A stretch of DNA of 64,000 nucleotides from Promethearchaeota archaeon (GCA_016839555.1 JAEOUA010000007.1:160001-224000); one strand, 5' to 3'; positions 38,353 to 49,191 are shown, counted from the first letter of the stretch. Notes: generated by a model from the sequence alone, not told the origin. Numbers and translations are program-made.

Positions 38353-38853
38353 ATGATAACTAGTAGTGATATAAGTATCGATAATATAGATAGGAAGATA
38401 ATAAGCCTACTTCAGAAAGATCCAAGCATCACTCATACCGAAATTGCCAAAGAAGTGAAACGGAGTCAACCTACTATTGGTTTAAGAATTAAAAAACTTG
38501 AAAAAGCAGGAATTATGAATTTTCAAGCGGGTTTAAATTTAAAAGTTGCTGATGTCCTTATTGCGAGAGTTGATTTGCAAACTAATAATCCCGAAAAAAT
38601 TTTAAATGAAATTAAAAATTGTCCCTATATTATAAACGGATTTCAATTAAGCGGGACCTATAATCTTAGCTTGCTCATAGCTAATTCAGCTTTAAAACAT
38701 TTAGATATCATAATTAATGAACATTTTAGAAACGATCCTGATGTTCTGAAAATACATATGGAAATTGTAACTAATATTATAAATGACTTCGTATTACCGA
38801 TGAATTTAAATACTAAAAAATGTAAATGTGACGAGAAATTCGAATCTCATTAA
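38353..38853 (+). CDS. Lrp/AsnC family transcriptional regulator
   Basis: IDNIDRKIISLLQ...SQPTIGLRIKKLE HTH; LSGTYNL. Confidence 0.88.
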   Translation: MITSSDISIDNIDRKIISLLQKDPSITHTEIAKEVKRSQPTIGLRIKKLEKAGIMNFQAGLNLKVADVLIARVDLQTNNPEKILNEIKNCPYIINGFQLSGTYNLSLLIANSALKHLDIIINEHFRNDPDVLKIHMEIVTNIINDFVLPMNLNTKKCKCDEKFESH

Positions 38854-38902
38854 CTTTTTTTATTTAGTTCTAATTTTTACTATTATTTAATAAGAAAAAA
38901 GC

Positions 38903-39574
38903 TTAAAAATTATCTTTCACCCATTGCTCGAATTTAATTTTTCTAAGCTCCTCTGCCCAGAGAGCCTTAATATTAGCCTCTTGTGGTAATAATTTTTCTT
39001 TTTTAAGCATAGTATAGAGTTTATCAATTGTTTTATCCAATAAAATTTGGTATAATGATTTTTGATCTTTGTTGATCTCTGCAAATTCTCTTAACACCTC
39101 ATCTTTAGTTTCTTTAATTATATTAATCCAATTTTTAGCAAAGAGATTTATATATTCATCGAGCTTATTTAAGGTTTCAATATTAAGAACTGGAAAGGTG
39201 ATTTCATATTTTCCATCCTTCTTTTGGATTAAATTATACCATTCAAGATTTAAAAGGTGATTCTCAAGGACTTGTTCACTCCATTGAAATCTGACGCGTG
39301 GGCTGTATTCTTCTTTTTGAATTAAGAGAGGTTTAGGCGAGAACCTAATATAGTTTAATAATTCTTTAAAACTTTTTGGGCCTTCATTTGCAAGAGTAAT
39401 AAGAATTTCACGCCGAACCTTATTTTCCAAAGGCCAAGGAACCTCCCTTTCGTCCCATGGCTTTCCTCTATCGAAATCAAACCAAGGTTGAATTTCTTCG
39501 ATATTTATTTTTGCATTAAATCGGTAATTATTATATTTTCCCTTAATATCTTTTATCTCCTTCATATGCTTCAC
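38903..39574 (-). CDS. Hypothetical protein with ArsR-like winged helix
   Basis: LENKVRREILITLA..GPKSFKEL ... LENHLLNLE..NLI; 24 bp downstream of the sufB-like gene. Confidence 0.6.
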   Translation of the reverse strand: MKHMKEIKDIKGKYNNYRFNAKINIEEIQPWFDFDRGKPWDEREVPWPLENKVRREILITLANEGPKSFKELLNYIRFSPKPLLIQKEEYSPRVRFQWSEQVLENHLLNLEWYNLIQKKDGKYEITFPVLNIETLNKLDEYINLFAKNWINIIKETKDEVLREFAEINKDQKSLYQILLDKTIDKLYTMLKKEKLLPQEANIKALWAEELRKIKFEQWVKDNF

Positions 39575-39598
39575 TCTTTTTTTTTTAGTTATTTTTAG

Positions 39599-40561
39599 TT
39601 AATCTTCTCCTAGCATTGCTTCAATTAAAATATCTGTAGCTTCTTCTTCAGATAATCCTTTTGCTTGCAGTTCATCCAACCATTTCTGCGGGAAACGACC
39701 CAAGGATGCCTCGTGGGAAACAGTTGAAGTAGGATCAATAGCTCTAATAAAGGGGCGGGACCTACAAATGGAGCCCTTTCCTAAAACTATTTCTTGACAC
39801 TCTACATGACCATTACAATACGGGGCATTTCCTTCCGTAATGCCATACATTAATACTTCACCTCCATCCTTTGCGGCGGCTTTCATTTTTATAACACTTC
39901 GGGCATTTTCCCCTTCCAGGAATACAGAGTCTCTTATCCTTATTGAATCGCCAATACCTTTTCCAAAAGCTTTTACATTTGAGCGTATTACACTATTTTT
40001 CATAGCATAAATATCTAAAAGAATTTTTACTTTTCCGGGTGTTCCTTGAGTTAAATTAAAATTATTCTCATAAATACTATTTTCACCAATATACATATAA
40101 CTTACGGGAGCAACTAACGCACCACTTTTTTCCCCATGATAATGAGTTTCATTATAGGCAAACTTGCAATTATTTCCAATGTAGAAATGACCAAACATTT
40201 TATGAGTTAATCCATCGGCATTGGGAAAACTACAATGAGCTCTAATAGTGACTTCTGTATTATCTTCCGCAATAATCCTTGGAAAAATTTGTTGAATGCC
40301 GGATTGCTTATTTACTCCAAAACATAAATGAACTGGATCTTCAATTACAGAACCTTCTTTAATAATTATATCTGCTACAATGCCATTCTCAATTTCCCTT
40401 CCTTTTAATATTACCCCTTCAATTTCTTCTATACCACTAATTTTATTAAAATTTAAAAGTAGTTTTGCCCCTTTTCCATGTCCGGGTAAAAAATCATTTA
40501 TATCGATATTGTAATTTTCAAGACTTTCTAAGATTTCTTCGGGATAAGGTTTTTCGCTCAT
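39599..40561 (-). CDS. sufB: SufB/SufD-family Fe-S assembly protein (SmsB-like)
   Basis: PVHLCFG, AHCSFP, GHVECQEI, SHEASLG, AKGLSEEEA; overlaps sufC (ATGA). Confidence 0.85.
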   Translation of the reverse strand: MSEKPYPEEILESLENYNIDINDFLPGHGKGAKLLLNFNKISGIEEIEGVILKGREIENGIVADIIIKEGSVIEDPVHLCFGVNKQSGIQQIFPRIIAEDNTEVTIRAHCSFPNADGLTHKMFGHFYIGNNCKFAYNETHYHGEKSGALVAPVSYMYIGENSIYENNFNLTQGTPGKVKILLDIYAMKNSVIRSNVKAFGKGIGDSIRIRDSVFLEGENARSVIKMKAAAKDGGEVLMYGITEGNAPYCNGHVECQEIVLGKGSICRSRPFIRAIDPTSTVSHEASLGRFPQKWLDELQAKGLSEEEATDILIEAMLGED

Positions 40562-41355
40562 TGTTCTCCCTCTTCACGAAATATTTTATCAATATAATCC
40601 TCTCCGAAACAAGCATTATCATTTTGGAATAACGTTCTTTTACAGAAATCTTTTAAGCCAGCCTTGGCACAAAAATGTAGCATAACCTCCGGAAACTTAT
40701 CTGTGATTAGGGATTTTCCTTGCCATAAGAGTGTGCCATAATCCGCAACCATCCCAATATCTTCACGATGAGTTATTAAAAGAATTGTCATATTAAGCTT
40801 CCTAATCTTATTGAAAATGTGTAAAAAGTCTTCAATAACAATCATATCGAGTCCAGAATCAGGTTCATCGAGCATTATTAATTTAGGTCTCATCGCGATT
40901 GTTGCTGCCAACTCTATTCTTTTTCTCTCTCCACCGCTCAGAGTTTCATCTATCCTCCTATTGAGATATTTATTTGGATTTAAATTGACTATATTTAATG
41001 CTTCTACTGCTTGTTCCTTTATATTACTCTTATTTTTGATGCCTAATGATAAATATTTCAACACGGATAAACCATCTATTCTTGCAGGTTCTTGCCATGC
41101 AAGAGTAATCCCTAATTTTGCTCGTTCTGTTACTCCTAAATCTGTAATATCTTCTCCGTTGAACAAGATTTTTCCCTTACTTAACTCATAGTTCGGCAAA
41201 CCCATAATCGCATATGCTAGTGATGATTTACCAGAGCCATTAGGTCCTATAATCGCGTGAATGGAGCCTTCTATTACTCCAAAGGAAATATCTTCAATGA
41301 TTATATGTTTTTTATCAAATGTGGGAACAGTAACGTCTTTCAATTCTAAAAGCAT
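40558..41355 (-). CDS. sufC: SufC-family ABC ATPase (SmsC-like)
   Basis: GPNGSGKS, ERAKLGITLAWQEP, LSGGERKR, LDEPDSGLD. Confidence 0.88.
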   Translation of the reverse strand: MLLELKDVTVPTFDKKHIIIEDISFGVIEGSIHAIIGPNGSGKSSLAYAIMGLPNYELSKGKILFNGEDITDLGVTERAKLGITLAWQEPARIDGLSVLKYLSLGIKNKSNIKEQAVEALNIVNLNPNKYLNRRIDETLSGGERKRIELAATIAMRPKLIMLDEPDSGLDMIVIEDFLHIFNKIRKLNMTILLITHREDIGMVADYGTLLWQGKSLITDKFPEVMLHFCAKAGLKDFCKRTLFQNDNACFGEDYIDKIFREEGEQ

Positions 41356-41651
41356 TTTAATTTATCTAACTTTCTTTGATTATTTTGAGTTATTAATTAT
41401 TAAAATATAAAGTACATCCTATTTATTTTTTCTTTTAATAAAAATTAGGATTAAATTATTCTTGATTATATTTTTTTAAAATAAAAACTATCAATGGCCA
41501 TAGATTTAAAACAATTTTTGCCATTCTCTTATCTTTTATTAAAATTTTAGATAAATAAAAGTTTAAATATAAGTTAAGATAATAGAATTTTATCTTAATT
41601 TATTAAAAAATTTAAATTTATAACTTAATAAAATAACAGAGTTATAAGAAT

Positions 41652-41891
41652 ATGGCTAAAGTAAAAGAAATTGCATTAGATATATTAAAAAGTATGTATG
41701 ATGAATATAGAAAAACACTTAAATATATTAGTCAACCAGATATAGAAAATATGATGGCAGGAAAATATGAACACAATGATTTTATAGTTGGAATTAATTA
41801 TTTAAAAGAAAAACTATGGATTAGCAATAATAGAGGTAATCCACCATTATATTGGCCAAACGCAGAAGGAATCGACCAAATTGAGATTTAA
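41652..41891 (+). CDS. Small hypothetical protein, possibly winged helix
   Basis: 79-aa ORF with ATG start; INYLKEKLWI...GIDQIE pattern. Confidence 0.55.
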   Translation: MAKVKEIALDILKSMYDEYRKTLKYISQPDIENMMAGKYEHNDFIVGINYLKEKLWISNNRGNPPLYWPNAEGIDQIEI

Positions 41892-41943
41892 AGCAAATAA
41901 TATGAAAATATAAACTAATAAAATTTTAAATTATTATCTTTTT

Positions 41944-43050
41944 TTATTCTAATAATTTTTTCATTACGATTTCTGAGCTTCTATGGGTTTCCCAAAGAGA
42001 CAGAAATCTTTTTAAATTCTCATCATTTTGAAAGATCTTATCTCTAGCGATTCTTTTTGCTTTAAGAATCTTTAAAAAATTTCTATCTAATATTGCTTCA
42101 TAATATTGTCCTAGTTTTTCTAATTTGTCCCTTTTTTCGCCTTTCATAATTGCTTCTATTGCAAATTTACCCGACATCATTGCGTATGGAATCCCTTTAC
42201 CACTAATAGGATCCACAATCCCTCCGGCATCACCGACAGCAAATACTTTATCTTCATAGAGTTTCGGACGAAGTCCTACAGGTATTAAGTGTGGCTTAAA
42301 AATAGTTAGTTCTGAGTTTTTTAATGCTTTTTTAACGAAATCGAGATTAACAAATTGTTCAAACTCCGTTCGAGAATTTTTAATTAGATTAATCTGATTA
42401 CCCCATCCAACAGTAATATTATCTGCTTTGGGAAAAAGCCATGCATATCCAACAGATATCAAATCTTTTCCAAAAAACAAATGGACCGTGTCATTCCCTA
42501 AAACGTTATCTATCTGAGATCTTGAGGTGCCCATTTCTTTTGTAATAGTAAGTATTAAATCTTCCTTTTGAAAGTACGGCCACCCTAATTTCTTTAATGT
42601 TTGTGATGTGACCCCATCTGCGGCAATCACATAATTAGAAAGATATTTCTCTTTTTCAGTGCTAATTTTATAAAGATTATCCTCTCTCGTTATATTTATT
42701 AATGAATTTTTTTCCTCTAATCGAGCTCCACTACTGATTGCCATATCTGTTAAATATTTATCGAAAGTAGAACGCCACACAACTGCTCCTTTTCCTTTTT
42801 TAGAAAAATGATCTCCATCTAAATGATGTAATTCTAAAGATTCAATGACTCTACTAATTTTATCTTCTGGATAATCTATTTCTTCCACTAACTCCCAAGC
42901 TAATGCACCACCACAGGCTTTATATCTACCATTATCACTTATTTTTTCTTTTTCAAGTATACAAGTAGAATAACCATTTTCCGCAGCTTCTTTTCCAGCT
43001 ATAGAACCTCCGGGACCAGCTCCTACAATTATAATATCAAATTTATTCAT
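41944..43050 (-). CDS. Geranylgeranyl reductase family FAD-dependent oxidoreductase
   Basis: DIIIVGAGPGG, ACGG, AADG, GYAWLFP, VGDAGG.VDP.SG.GI. Confidence 0.9.
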   Translation of the reverse strand: MNKFDIIIVGAGPGGSIAGKEAAENGYSTCILEKEKISDNGRYKACGGALAWELVEEIDYPEDKISRVIESLELHHLDGDHFSKKGKGAVVWRSTFDKYLTDMAISSGARLEEKNSLINITREDNLYKISTEKEKYLSNYVIAADGVTSQTLKKLGWPYFQKEDLILTITKEMGTSRSQIDNVLGNDTVHLFFGKDLISVGYAWLFPKADNITVGWGNQINLIKNSRTEFEQFVNLDFVKKALKNSELTIFKPHLIPVGLRPKLYEDKVFAVGDAGGIVDPISGKGIPYAMMSGKFAIEAIMKGEKRDKLEKLGQYYEAILDRNFLKILKAKRIARDKIFQNDENLKRFLSLWETHRSSEIVMKKLLE

Positions 43051-43108
43051 TTTAAGTCAAAACTTTGCTTAATTTATTATTTTTAATTACTAAAATTTAT
43101 TTATTCAA

Positions 43109-44698
43109 TTATACTTTAAATTCTATATTTTTAAATTTTGAAGAGATTGCTTCACTTATTTTATCTTTTTCACTTTTTGTTATAATTTTTTTGATGCTTT
43201 CTACATCTTTATTTTGTTTTAAATAGTTTTTTAAATATCTTCTAAATTTTTTACATTTTTCGTTATTTTCATCAAAAATATTATTCTTTTCATATGGATC
43301 ATTTAGTATATCAAAAAACTCCTCAAATCTATTTGCATAATTTATATACTTATATTTATTTGATCTTAAAAACCAAATATCATTTTCCATCTTAAAATCT
43401 AAATGATTCTTTATTAATTGACCAAGTTTGTGAGATTTAATTAACAAAATATCATTAATAAATTTATCACTTTTTAAATATTCTCCAAAAATATATTGAG
43501 GCGTTTGATTTTTTTCAACTTGATTTATCAAAGATTTTTCTGGAGCAAATAATTCGTATCTATTTTCGGGGATGCTTGCCATGTTAAGAATTGTATGGAA
43601 TAAATCTTTTAATTGGACTTGCTTTTCTATATCTTTTCTTTTAAAATTTTCATGATAAATAAGTAAAGGTACATGTGTTAAACTTTTATGAACACTTTTT
43701 AGGGGCATAGAATGACCCCAAAGAAAATGGTCTTGATTATTGCCCAGAAGTTCACCATGATCAGAAGTTATAATGATATATGAATTAGTTAATAAATTCT
43801 TCTTCTTCAATATATAAAAGATCCATTTTAAAATCAGATCTGAATAATACACTGAAGCATTATAAAACGCTTCAATCGTAGAGGGATAATTTTTATTAAA
43901 TTTTTTAGATATCTGATTCATATATACTTTAAATTCATGGGCATTAAATGCAAGGTCTTTATAAATTTCAAGTTTTTTATTGGTTAAGTTAAATAATTTT
44001 AATATTTGTTTTGGAGGATTATAAGGCTCATGAGTAGCCATTATATTAAAAAATATAAAGTAGGATTCATCCTTCGAAGGTTTCTGAATTAAATTACTAA
44101 ATTTGTTAATCTCTTGAATAGATAGGTTTTCAAAGTTATATATATTAAACTTCCAAAAAAATTTTAAGCTGAAATTAAAGATTAAAGCATTAATTTTTTT
44201 TCTAATTATTTTCCAAAAAACCTTAAGTTTTTTAGAATAAATATGATCTTTTATGATATTTTCAAAATAATTTAGCAGATTGAATAAATAGTTTAGTTTA
44301 ATATTTCTTTTAAGCCAAATAAATCCTTTTTTAAAATTATTTAAAATATGTTCAAAACCTTTAGTTAATTGAAATATTTTACTAACATAGGAATTTTCTG
44401 TATAGCAATATGTTTTATATCCATCATTTTTTAAAATTTGGGTTGCTGTTGGAATTTTGTATCCAAGACTATTAAAGTTACTAATTTCTCTTATTTGACT
44501 ATGATTTAATCCAGTAAACATCGAACAATGAGAAGGGAAAGTCCACACAGTATTTGCAATACAATTTCTAAAATTAAGTGAGTTTTTTAACAATTTTTTT
44601 AAAAATGGAGTTAATTCAATGCTAGAATATGTTGAAAATGTTTTATCTGCTCTTAAAGTATCTAGTACAATGAAAATTATGTGCGGTTTATTTCTCAT
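43109..44698 (-). CDS. Sulfatase-like hydrolase (alkaline phosphatase superfamily)
   Basis: LDTLRAD, WTFPSHCSMFTG, THEPY, TSDHGE, HVPL, DPYE. Confidence 0.85.
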   Translation of the reverse strand: MRNKPHIIFIVLDTLRADKTFSTYSSIELTPFLKKLLKNSLNFRNCIANTVWTFPSHCSMFTGLNHSQIREISNFNSLGYKIPTATQILKNDGYKTYCYTENSYVSKIFQLTKGFEHILNNFKKGFIWLKRNIKLNYLFNLLNYFENIIKDHIYSKKLKVFWKIIRKKINALIFNFSLKFFWKFNIYNFENLSIQEINKFSNLIQKPSKDESYFIFFNIMATHEPYNPPKQILKLFNLTNKKLEIYKDLAFNAHEFKVYMNQISKKFNKNYPSTIEAFYNASVYYSDLILKWIFYILKKKNLLTNSYIIITSDHGELLGNNQDHFLWGHSMPLKSVHKSLTHVPLLIYHENFKRKDIEKQVQLKDLFHTILNMASIPENRYELFAPEKSLINQVEKNQTPQYIFGEYLKSDKFINDILLIKSHKLGQLIKNHLDFKMENDIWFLRSNKYKYINYANRFEEFFDILNDPYEKNNIFDENNEKCKKFRRYLKNYLKQNKDVESIKKIITKSEKDKISEAISSKFKNIEFKV

Positions 44699-44972
44699 AG
44701 AACCATTTTATAATCTTTTTTAATTAAGAAAATAAAAGATATAGATTTACAAATACTTTCATCAATTAAAGTTTTTTTAAGTGTATTTTTGAGATATTTT
44801 AGAATCTTTTAATAGGATATTTTTAAAATATCTTTTCAAAACAATAAAAAATGAAATTATGAATACATATATCCCCATAATTATAATAATAATTAACAAA
44901 TTTTAACCTTTAAATTTAAAAAAGGGTTTAAATAAATATAATTAAAAATCAAAGAGATATCTAGAGATTTGT

Positions 44973-45770
44973 ATGAAAAAAATTAAAAAAGAATATGTGT
45001 GTCCCCCTGGAAAGAAATCTAAAGTCGTAATTGAAGATATTTCAATTAAAATTAAAGAAGGAGCTACTTTTATCTTGGGATTTGCCAGTTTAGGTTTATT
45101 GGGGTCTATAATTGGAAATACCTTTATTGACCAAGTTCCAGATATTAAAGAAATCGGGTTTATTACTTCAGAATTCCTTCCTCCTATATCCACGTTTTAT
45201 GATGGAGTGTTAAAATCCCCGTTTCGACTATACTATTCTGAAGAATATAATATAATTATTGGAATATCTGAAGTACCATTTAATATATCCTCCGCTTATA
45301 ATGATTTAGCAAAAACTATATGTAACTGGGCATTATCTGATGATGTAAAGGCAAAGGAAATAGTGGTGTTTCAAGGAATACCTCAAAAAGGAATGATTGA
45401 TGAATTTCCAGTATATTATGCATCCCAAGATAATAAAATTGATAATTTAGAAAAAGATGGGGTTAAAAAAGTCAAAAAAGGCATAATAACAGGACCAGAA
45501 GCTACAATAATTAATGAAGCATTAACCAATAAATTGAAACCTCTTGCTTTTTTTACTCCAGTTTATCAAATACCTACTCCAGAAGGAGCTGCTTCTATTA
45601 TAGAAGTATTAAATAAACATTATGATATGAACCTTAAAATAGATAAATTACTTGAACAAGGAAAAGAAATTAAAGAGAAGATGTTAGAACTCGCAGAAAA
45701 GGCAAGACAATATCAAAGAAAACAGATTCCAGAAGGGGAAGAAGATGAATACACTCAATATTACCAATAA
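44973..45770 (+). CDS. PAC2-family proteasome assembly chaperone, copy 1
   Basis: GFASLGLLGSI, PFRLY, P.PEGAA, LLEQGKEI; C-terminal YYQ. Confidence 0.88.
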   Translation: MKKIKKEYVCPPGKKSKVVIEDISIKIKEGATFILGFASLGLLGSIIGNTFIDQVPDIKEIGFITSEFLPPISTFYDGVLKSPFRLYYSEEYNIIIGISEVPFNISSAYNDLAKTICNWALSDDVKAKEIVVFQGIPQKGMIDEFPVYYASQDNKIDNLEKDGVKKVKKGIITGPEATIINEALTNKLKPLAFFTPVYQIPTPEGAASIIEVLNKHYDMNLKIDKLLEQGKEIKEKMLELAEKARQYQRKQIPEGEEDEYTQYYQ

Positions 45771-45919
45771 TAAATTTTTATTTGCTTTTTTATATATAAT
45801 CTTTAAGAAAAGAAGAAAGATTGAAAATTATCTTAATCCATAAAATTAATTTGATTTTTAAATCTTTTATATAATATCAATATATTTGAAAAAGAATGTT
45901 AAACAGGTAGAGAATCTAA

Positions 45920-46714
45920 ATGGTCATTAAAGAATATGTTTGTGATGCTGGAGAAAAAAGTAAGGTAGTAATAGAGGATTTCTCAGTAGAAATTAAGGAT
46001 GATTCCACAATCATTTTAGGGTTGGCGGGAATTGGACTTATTGGACCTATAATTGCAAATAGTTTGATTGAACAGATCCTTGATATTAAGGAAATAGGTT
46101 TTGTAACCAGCGAATACCTCCCTCCCATTTCTACATTTTATGATGGTATATTGAAACATCCATTTAGGATTTATTATTCCCCTCTCTATAATTTAATTGT
46201 GGGTATTTGCGAAGTACCTTTTGAAATATCCTCGGCTTATAATGATTTAGCGAAGACGATTAATAATTGGGCATTAAATGAGGATGTAAAAGCTAAACAA
46301 ATCGTAGTTTTTCAAGGAATCCCTCAAAGAGGCATGATAGATGAATTTCCTGTATATTATGCTGCAGAAGAAGAATTAATTGATTATCTTGAACAATTCA
46401 ACCTTAAAAAATTTGAGAAAGGCATTATTGTCGGACCGGAGTCAACCATTATTAATGAAACTTTAACAAATAAATTACAAGGATATGTTTTGTTTGCACC
46501 GGTTTATCAAATTCCCACTCCTGAGGCAGCAGCATCAATTATTAAGGTTCTAAATCAAATTTATAAAATGGATATAGACGTTAACCCATTACTCGAAGAA
46601 GGAAAAGAAATTAAAGAAAAGATGTTAGAACTTGCAGAAAAAGCACAAGAATATCGTAGAAAGCAATTATCTAGCAAAAGTGGAGGGGAAGAATATACAG
46701 AATATTATAGATGA
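45920..46714 (+). CDS. PAC2-family proteasome assembly chaperone, copy 2
   Basis: GLAGIGLIGPI, HPFRIY, P.PEAAA; close paralogue of copy 1; C-terminal YYR. Confidence 0.88.
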   Translation: MVIKEYVCDAGEKSKVVIEDFSVEIKDDSTIILGLAGIGLIGPIIANSLIEQILDIKEIGFVTSEYLPPISTFYDGILKHPFRIYYSPLYNLIVGICEVPFEISSAYNDLAKTINNWALNEDVKAKQIVVFQGIPQRGMIDEFPVYYAAEEELIDYLEQFNLKKFEKGIIVGPESTIINETLTNKLQGYVLFAPVYQIPTPEAAASIIKVLNQIYKMDIDVNPLLEEGKEIKEKMLELAEKAQEYRRKQLSSKSGGEEYTEYYR

Positions 46715-46855
46715 TCAATAACTAGGCTCATTTTAATTTTTTGAGAACTTATTCAATATTTAAACTAGTATTAAAAAAGAATTTCTAAAGAGATTAGAGA
46801 GATTTTGAATAAAGTAACATAATTAGAATTAAACATAGTAAACGGAGAATTATAA

Positions 46856-48034
46856 ATGTTTCAGAATCATTCATTCTTGAAAAATATTGTTTGTACTAAT
46901 TGCAATTCTCAGTATAATATTAATAAATTGAATAATTTATGTACATCTTGTGGAAAGGTATTATTTCCTAAATATGATTTAGAAGGAGCAAAAGAATTTC
47001 TTTCTAAAGTTCTAATACGGAAAAAAAAAGTATATAATATCTGGCGTTTTAATGAAATAATGCCTGTAATAAACCCAAAATTTCGAATATCGCTTGGAGA
47101 AGGATGGACTCCCTTAGTAAAACTTAATATTCTTGGTAGGCAATTCGGATTAAAAAATTTATTTTTAAAAGATGAGGGACAAAATCCAACTGGCACTTTT
47201 AAAAGTCGTGGTCTCTGTGCTGCGGTTTCAAAAGGATTAGAATTAGGCGTTAAAGATTTTGTTATGCCAAGTGCAGGAAATGCAGGAGCCGCCCTATCAG
47301 CATATACGGCTCATGCAGGTGCAAAGGCTCATATTTTTGCACCAAAAGATGCACCCGAGTTTATTTTAAAAGAAATTGATGTAATGGGAGGAGATCTTGT
47401 ATTAATTGATGGATTAATTGATTACGCTGGAGAGAGAGCAAATATCGCTGAAAAAGAAAATGGATGGTTTTCTGTATCTACTCTAAAAGAACCATATCGT
47501 GTAGAAGGGAAAAAAACGATGGGATTCGAATTAGCAGAACAATTCGAATGGACTTTACCAGATGTTATAGTATATCCCACTGGGGGTGGAACGGGAATTG
47601 TAGGTATGTGGAAAGCATTTTTAGAGCTAGAAGAACTTGGATTAATTAGCAATAAAAGACCTAGAATGGTGGCTGTCCAACCAGAAGGATGTCAACCTAT
47701 TGTGCGGGCATTTGAACAGGGCAAAAAATCTGCCACTAAATGGGAAAATGCTCATTCTTTTGCTGGAGGAATAAGAGTGCCTAGTGCTATTGGTGATTAT
47801 TTAATTCTTGATGCTATAAGAAGTTCTGGTGGGACTGCTGTTGCGGTTCCAGATTCAGAAATTAAAACGGCAATGTATAAATTAGCTAGAACCGAGGGAA
47901 TAATGTTATGCCCTGAAGCAGCGGCAACAGCAGCCGCCTTACAAACATTAATCGAAAATGGATTTCTAGATAAAGATGAAAAAATAGTATTATTTGGTAC
48001 CGGCTCTGGTTTAATCACTCCAAATGATTGGTAA
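46856..48034 (+). CDS. thrC: Threonine synthase family PLP enzyme
   Basis: N-terminal CxxC..CxxC, SLGEGWTP, NPTGTFKSRG, SAGNAG, EGKKT, PTGGG. Confidence 0.88.
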   Translation: MFQNHSFLKNIVCTNCNSQYNINKLNNLCTSCGKVLFPKYDLEGAKEFLSKVLIRKKKVYNIWRFNEIMPVINPKFRISLGEGWTPLVKLNILGRQFGLKNLFLKDEGQNPTGTFKSRGLCAAVSKGLELGVKDFVMPSAGNAGAALSAYTAHAGAKAHIFAPKDAPEFILKEIDVMGGDLVLIDGLIDYAGERANIAEKENGWFSVSTLKEPYRVEGKKTMGFELAEQFEWTLPDVIVYPTGGGTGIVGMWKAFLELEELGLISNKRPRMVAVQPEGCQPIVRAFEQGKKSATKWENAHSFAGGIRVPSAIGDYLILDAIRSSGGTAVAVPDSEIKTAMYKLARTEGIMLCPEAAATAAALQTLIENGFLDKDEKIVLFGTGSGLITPNDW

Positions 48035-48375
48035 ATATAGAATTTATATTGGAATATTTTTGTTTATCACATATAAACTCATTTCAATGATATTGAAAAA
48101 TTTTATATATATCTACCTTAGATAAATATAAAAAAGTTCCTATTATATAATACTCCATTGAGGAAATTAAAGAAAGATTAGAAATACTCTTTAGTACATA
48201 ATAATGTAGAGTTTAGCAATAATATTTTTAAATTTTTCAAATGTGTTGTCTCATAATTCTATTTTATTGTGAAAAAATTCACATATCCTTTTCTATATTT
48301 CATAAAAAGGAACTTTTTATTATTTGAAATATTTCAAAATTTAAGAAAATTACAAAAACACAAGGCTAAGTTAGA

Positions 48376-48558
48376 ATGCATGGAAAAGCTAAAGCAAAAG
48401 GGAATGCTGAAACTGAAAGAAAAATAATTAGAAAAAAAAGAGGAAATTTAACTTGTGCATATTGCAAGAATTATAATGATGGTTTTTGTATAAATTGGCA
48501 TATCAATATAAAATTAGATGAAATTCCGTGCCAAGATTTTAAACTAGCTGATTTTTAA
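48376..48558 (+). CDS. Small Cys-rich hypothetical protein
   Basis: 60 aa; basic N-terminus; CAYC-x7-C-x13-C. Confidence 0.5.
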   Translation: MHGKAKAKGNAETERKIIRKKRGNLTCAYCKNYNDGFCINWHINIKLDEIPCQDFKLADF

Positions 48559-48639
48559 AAGTATTTCATACAATATAATTATTACTTTTTTTAATGTATT
48601 AATTCTATAAAAAACTAATCAAGAGAAAAATAAAAAACT

Positions 48640-49191
48640 TTATTTTTTCGCTTGTTCCATTAACCAATTCTTTAATTCAGAAAAATTTGAAAATACAGTA
48701 ATTCCTTCCATATTTTTTAATTTATTAATATTCTCAATTTCAATATCTCTAATTTTTAATACAAGTGGGCTTCCATCGGGTTTGGATGTTATGATGGGCT
48801 CTTTATGCTGGTCAGAAGGTAATAAATAAACAGGAACACTTCCCTTTATGGTTTGCGCTACACAATTTGTAATTAGTGAGTCTGCAATACCATAAGAAAT
48901 TTTTGCTACGGAATTTGCAGAAACAGGACAAACAATAAGAAAATCATATTTACCAATTTGAAGAGGACCTGCGAGAAAAGGATTATTTGGTGTATTTTCA
49001 AGAAAGACCTTTTTTACAACTTCATTTAAATAATCCCATTGCTTATACCACTTAACAACTACTTCTCCTTCTTTAGATAACATTACAGTAATATTTATAT
49101 CATAATTTTCTTGCAAATCTTTCATTAACTCAATAGATTCTTTCAATATATAGCCCGTTCCGGTCATACCCCACATAATTTTGAGAGACAA
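48640..49191 (-). CDS. Flavoprotein family protein (archaeoflavoprotein AfpA-like)
   Basis: WGMTGTG, SKEGEVV..Y, P.SANSVAKI..GIADSL. Confidence 0.8.
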   Translation of the reverse strand: MSLKIMWGMTGTGYILKESIELMKDLQENYDINITVMLSKEGEVVVKWYKQWDYLNEVVKKVFLENTPNNPFLAGPLQIGKYDFLIVCPVSANSVAKISYGIADSLITNCVAQTIKGSVPVYLLPSDQHKEPIITSKPDGSPLVLKIRDIEIENINKLKNMEGITVFSNFSELKNWLMEQAKK

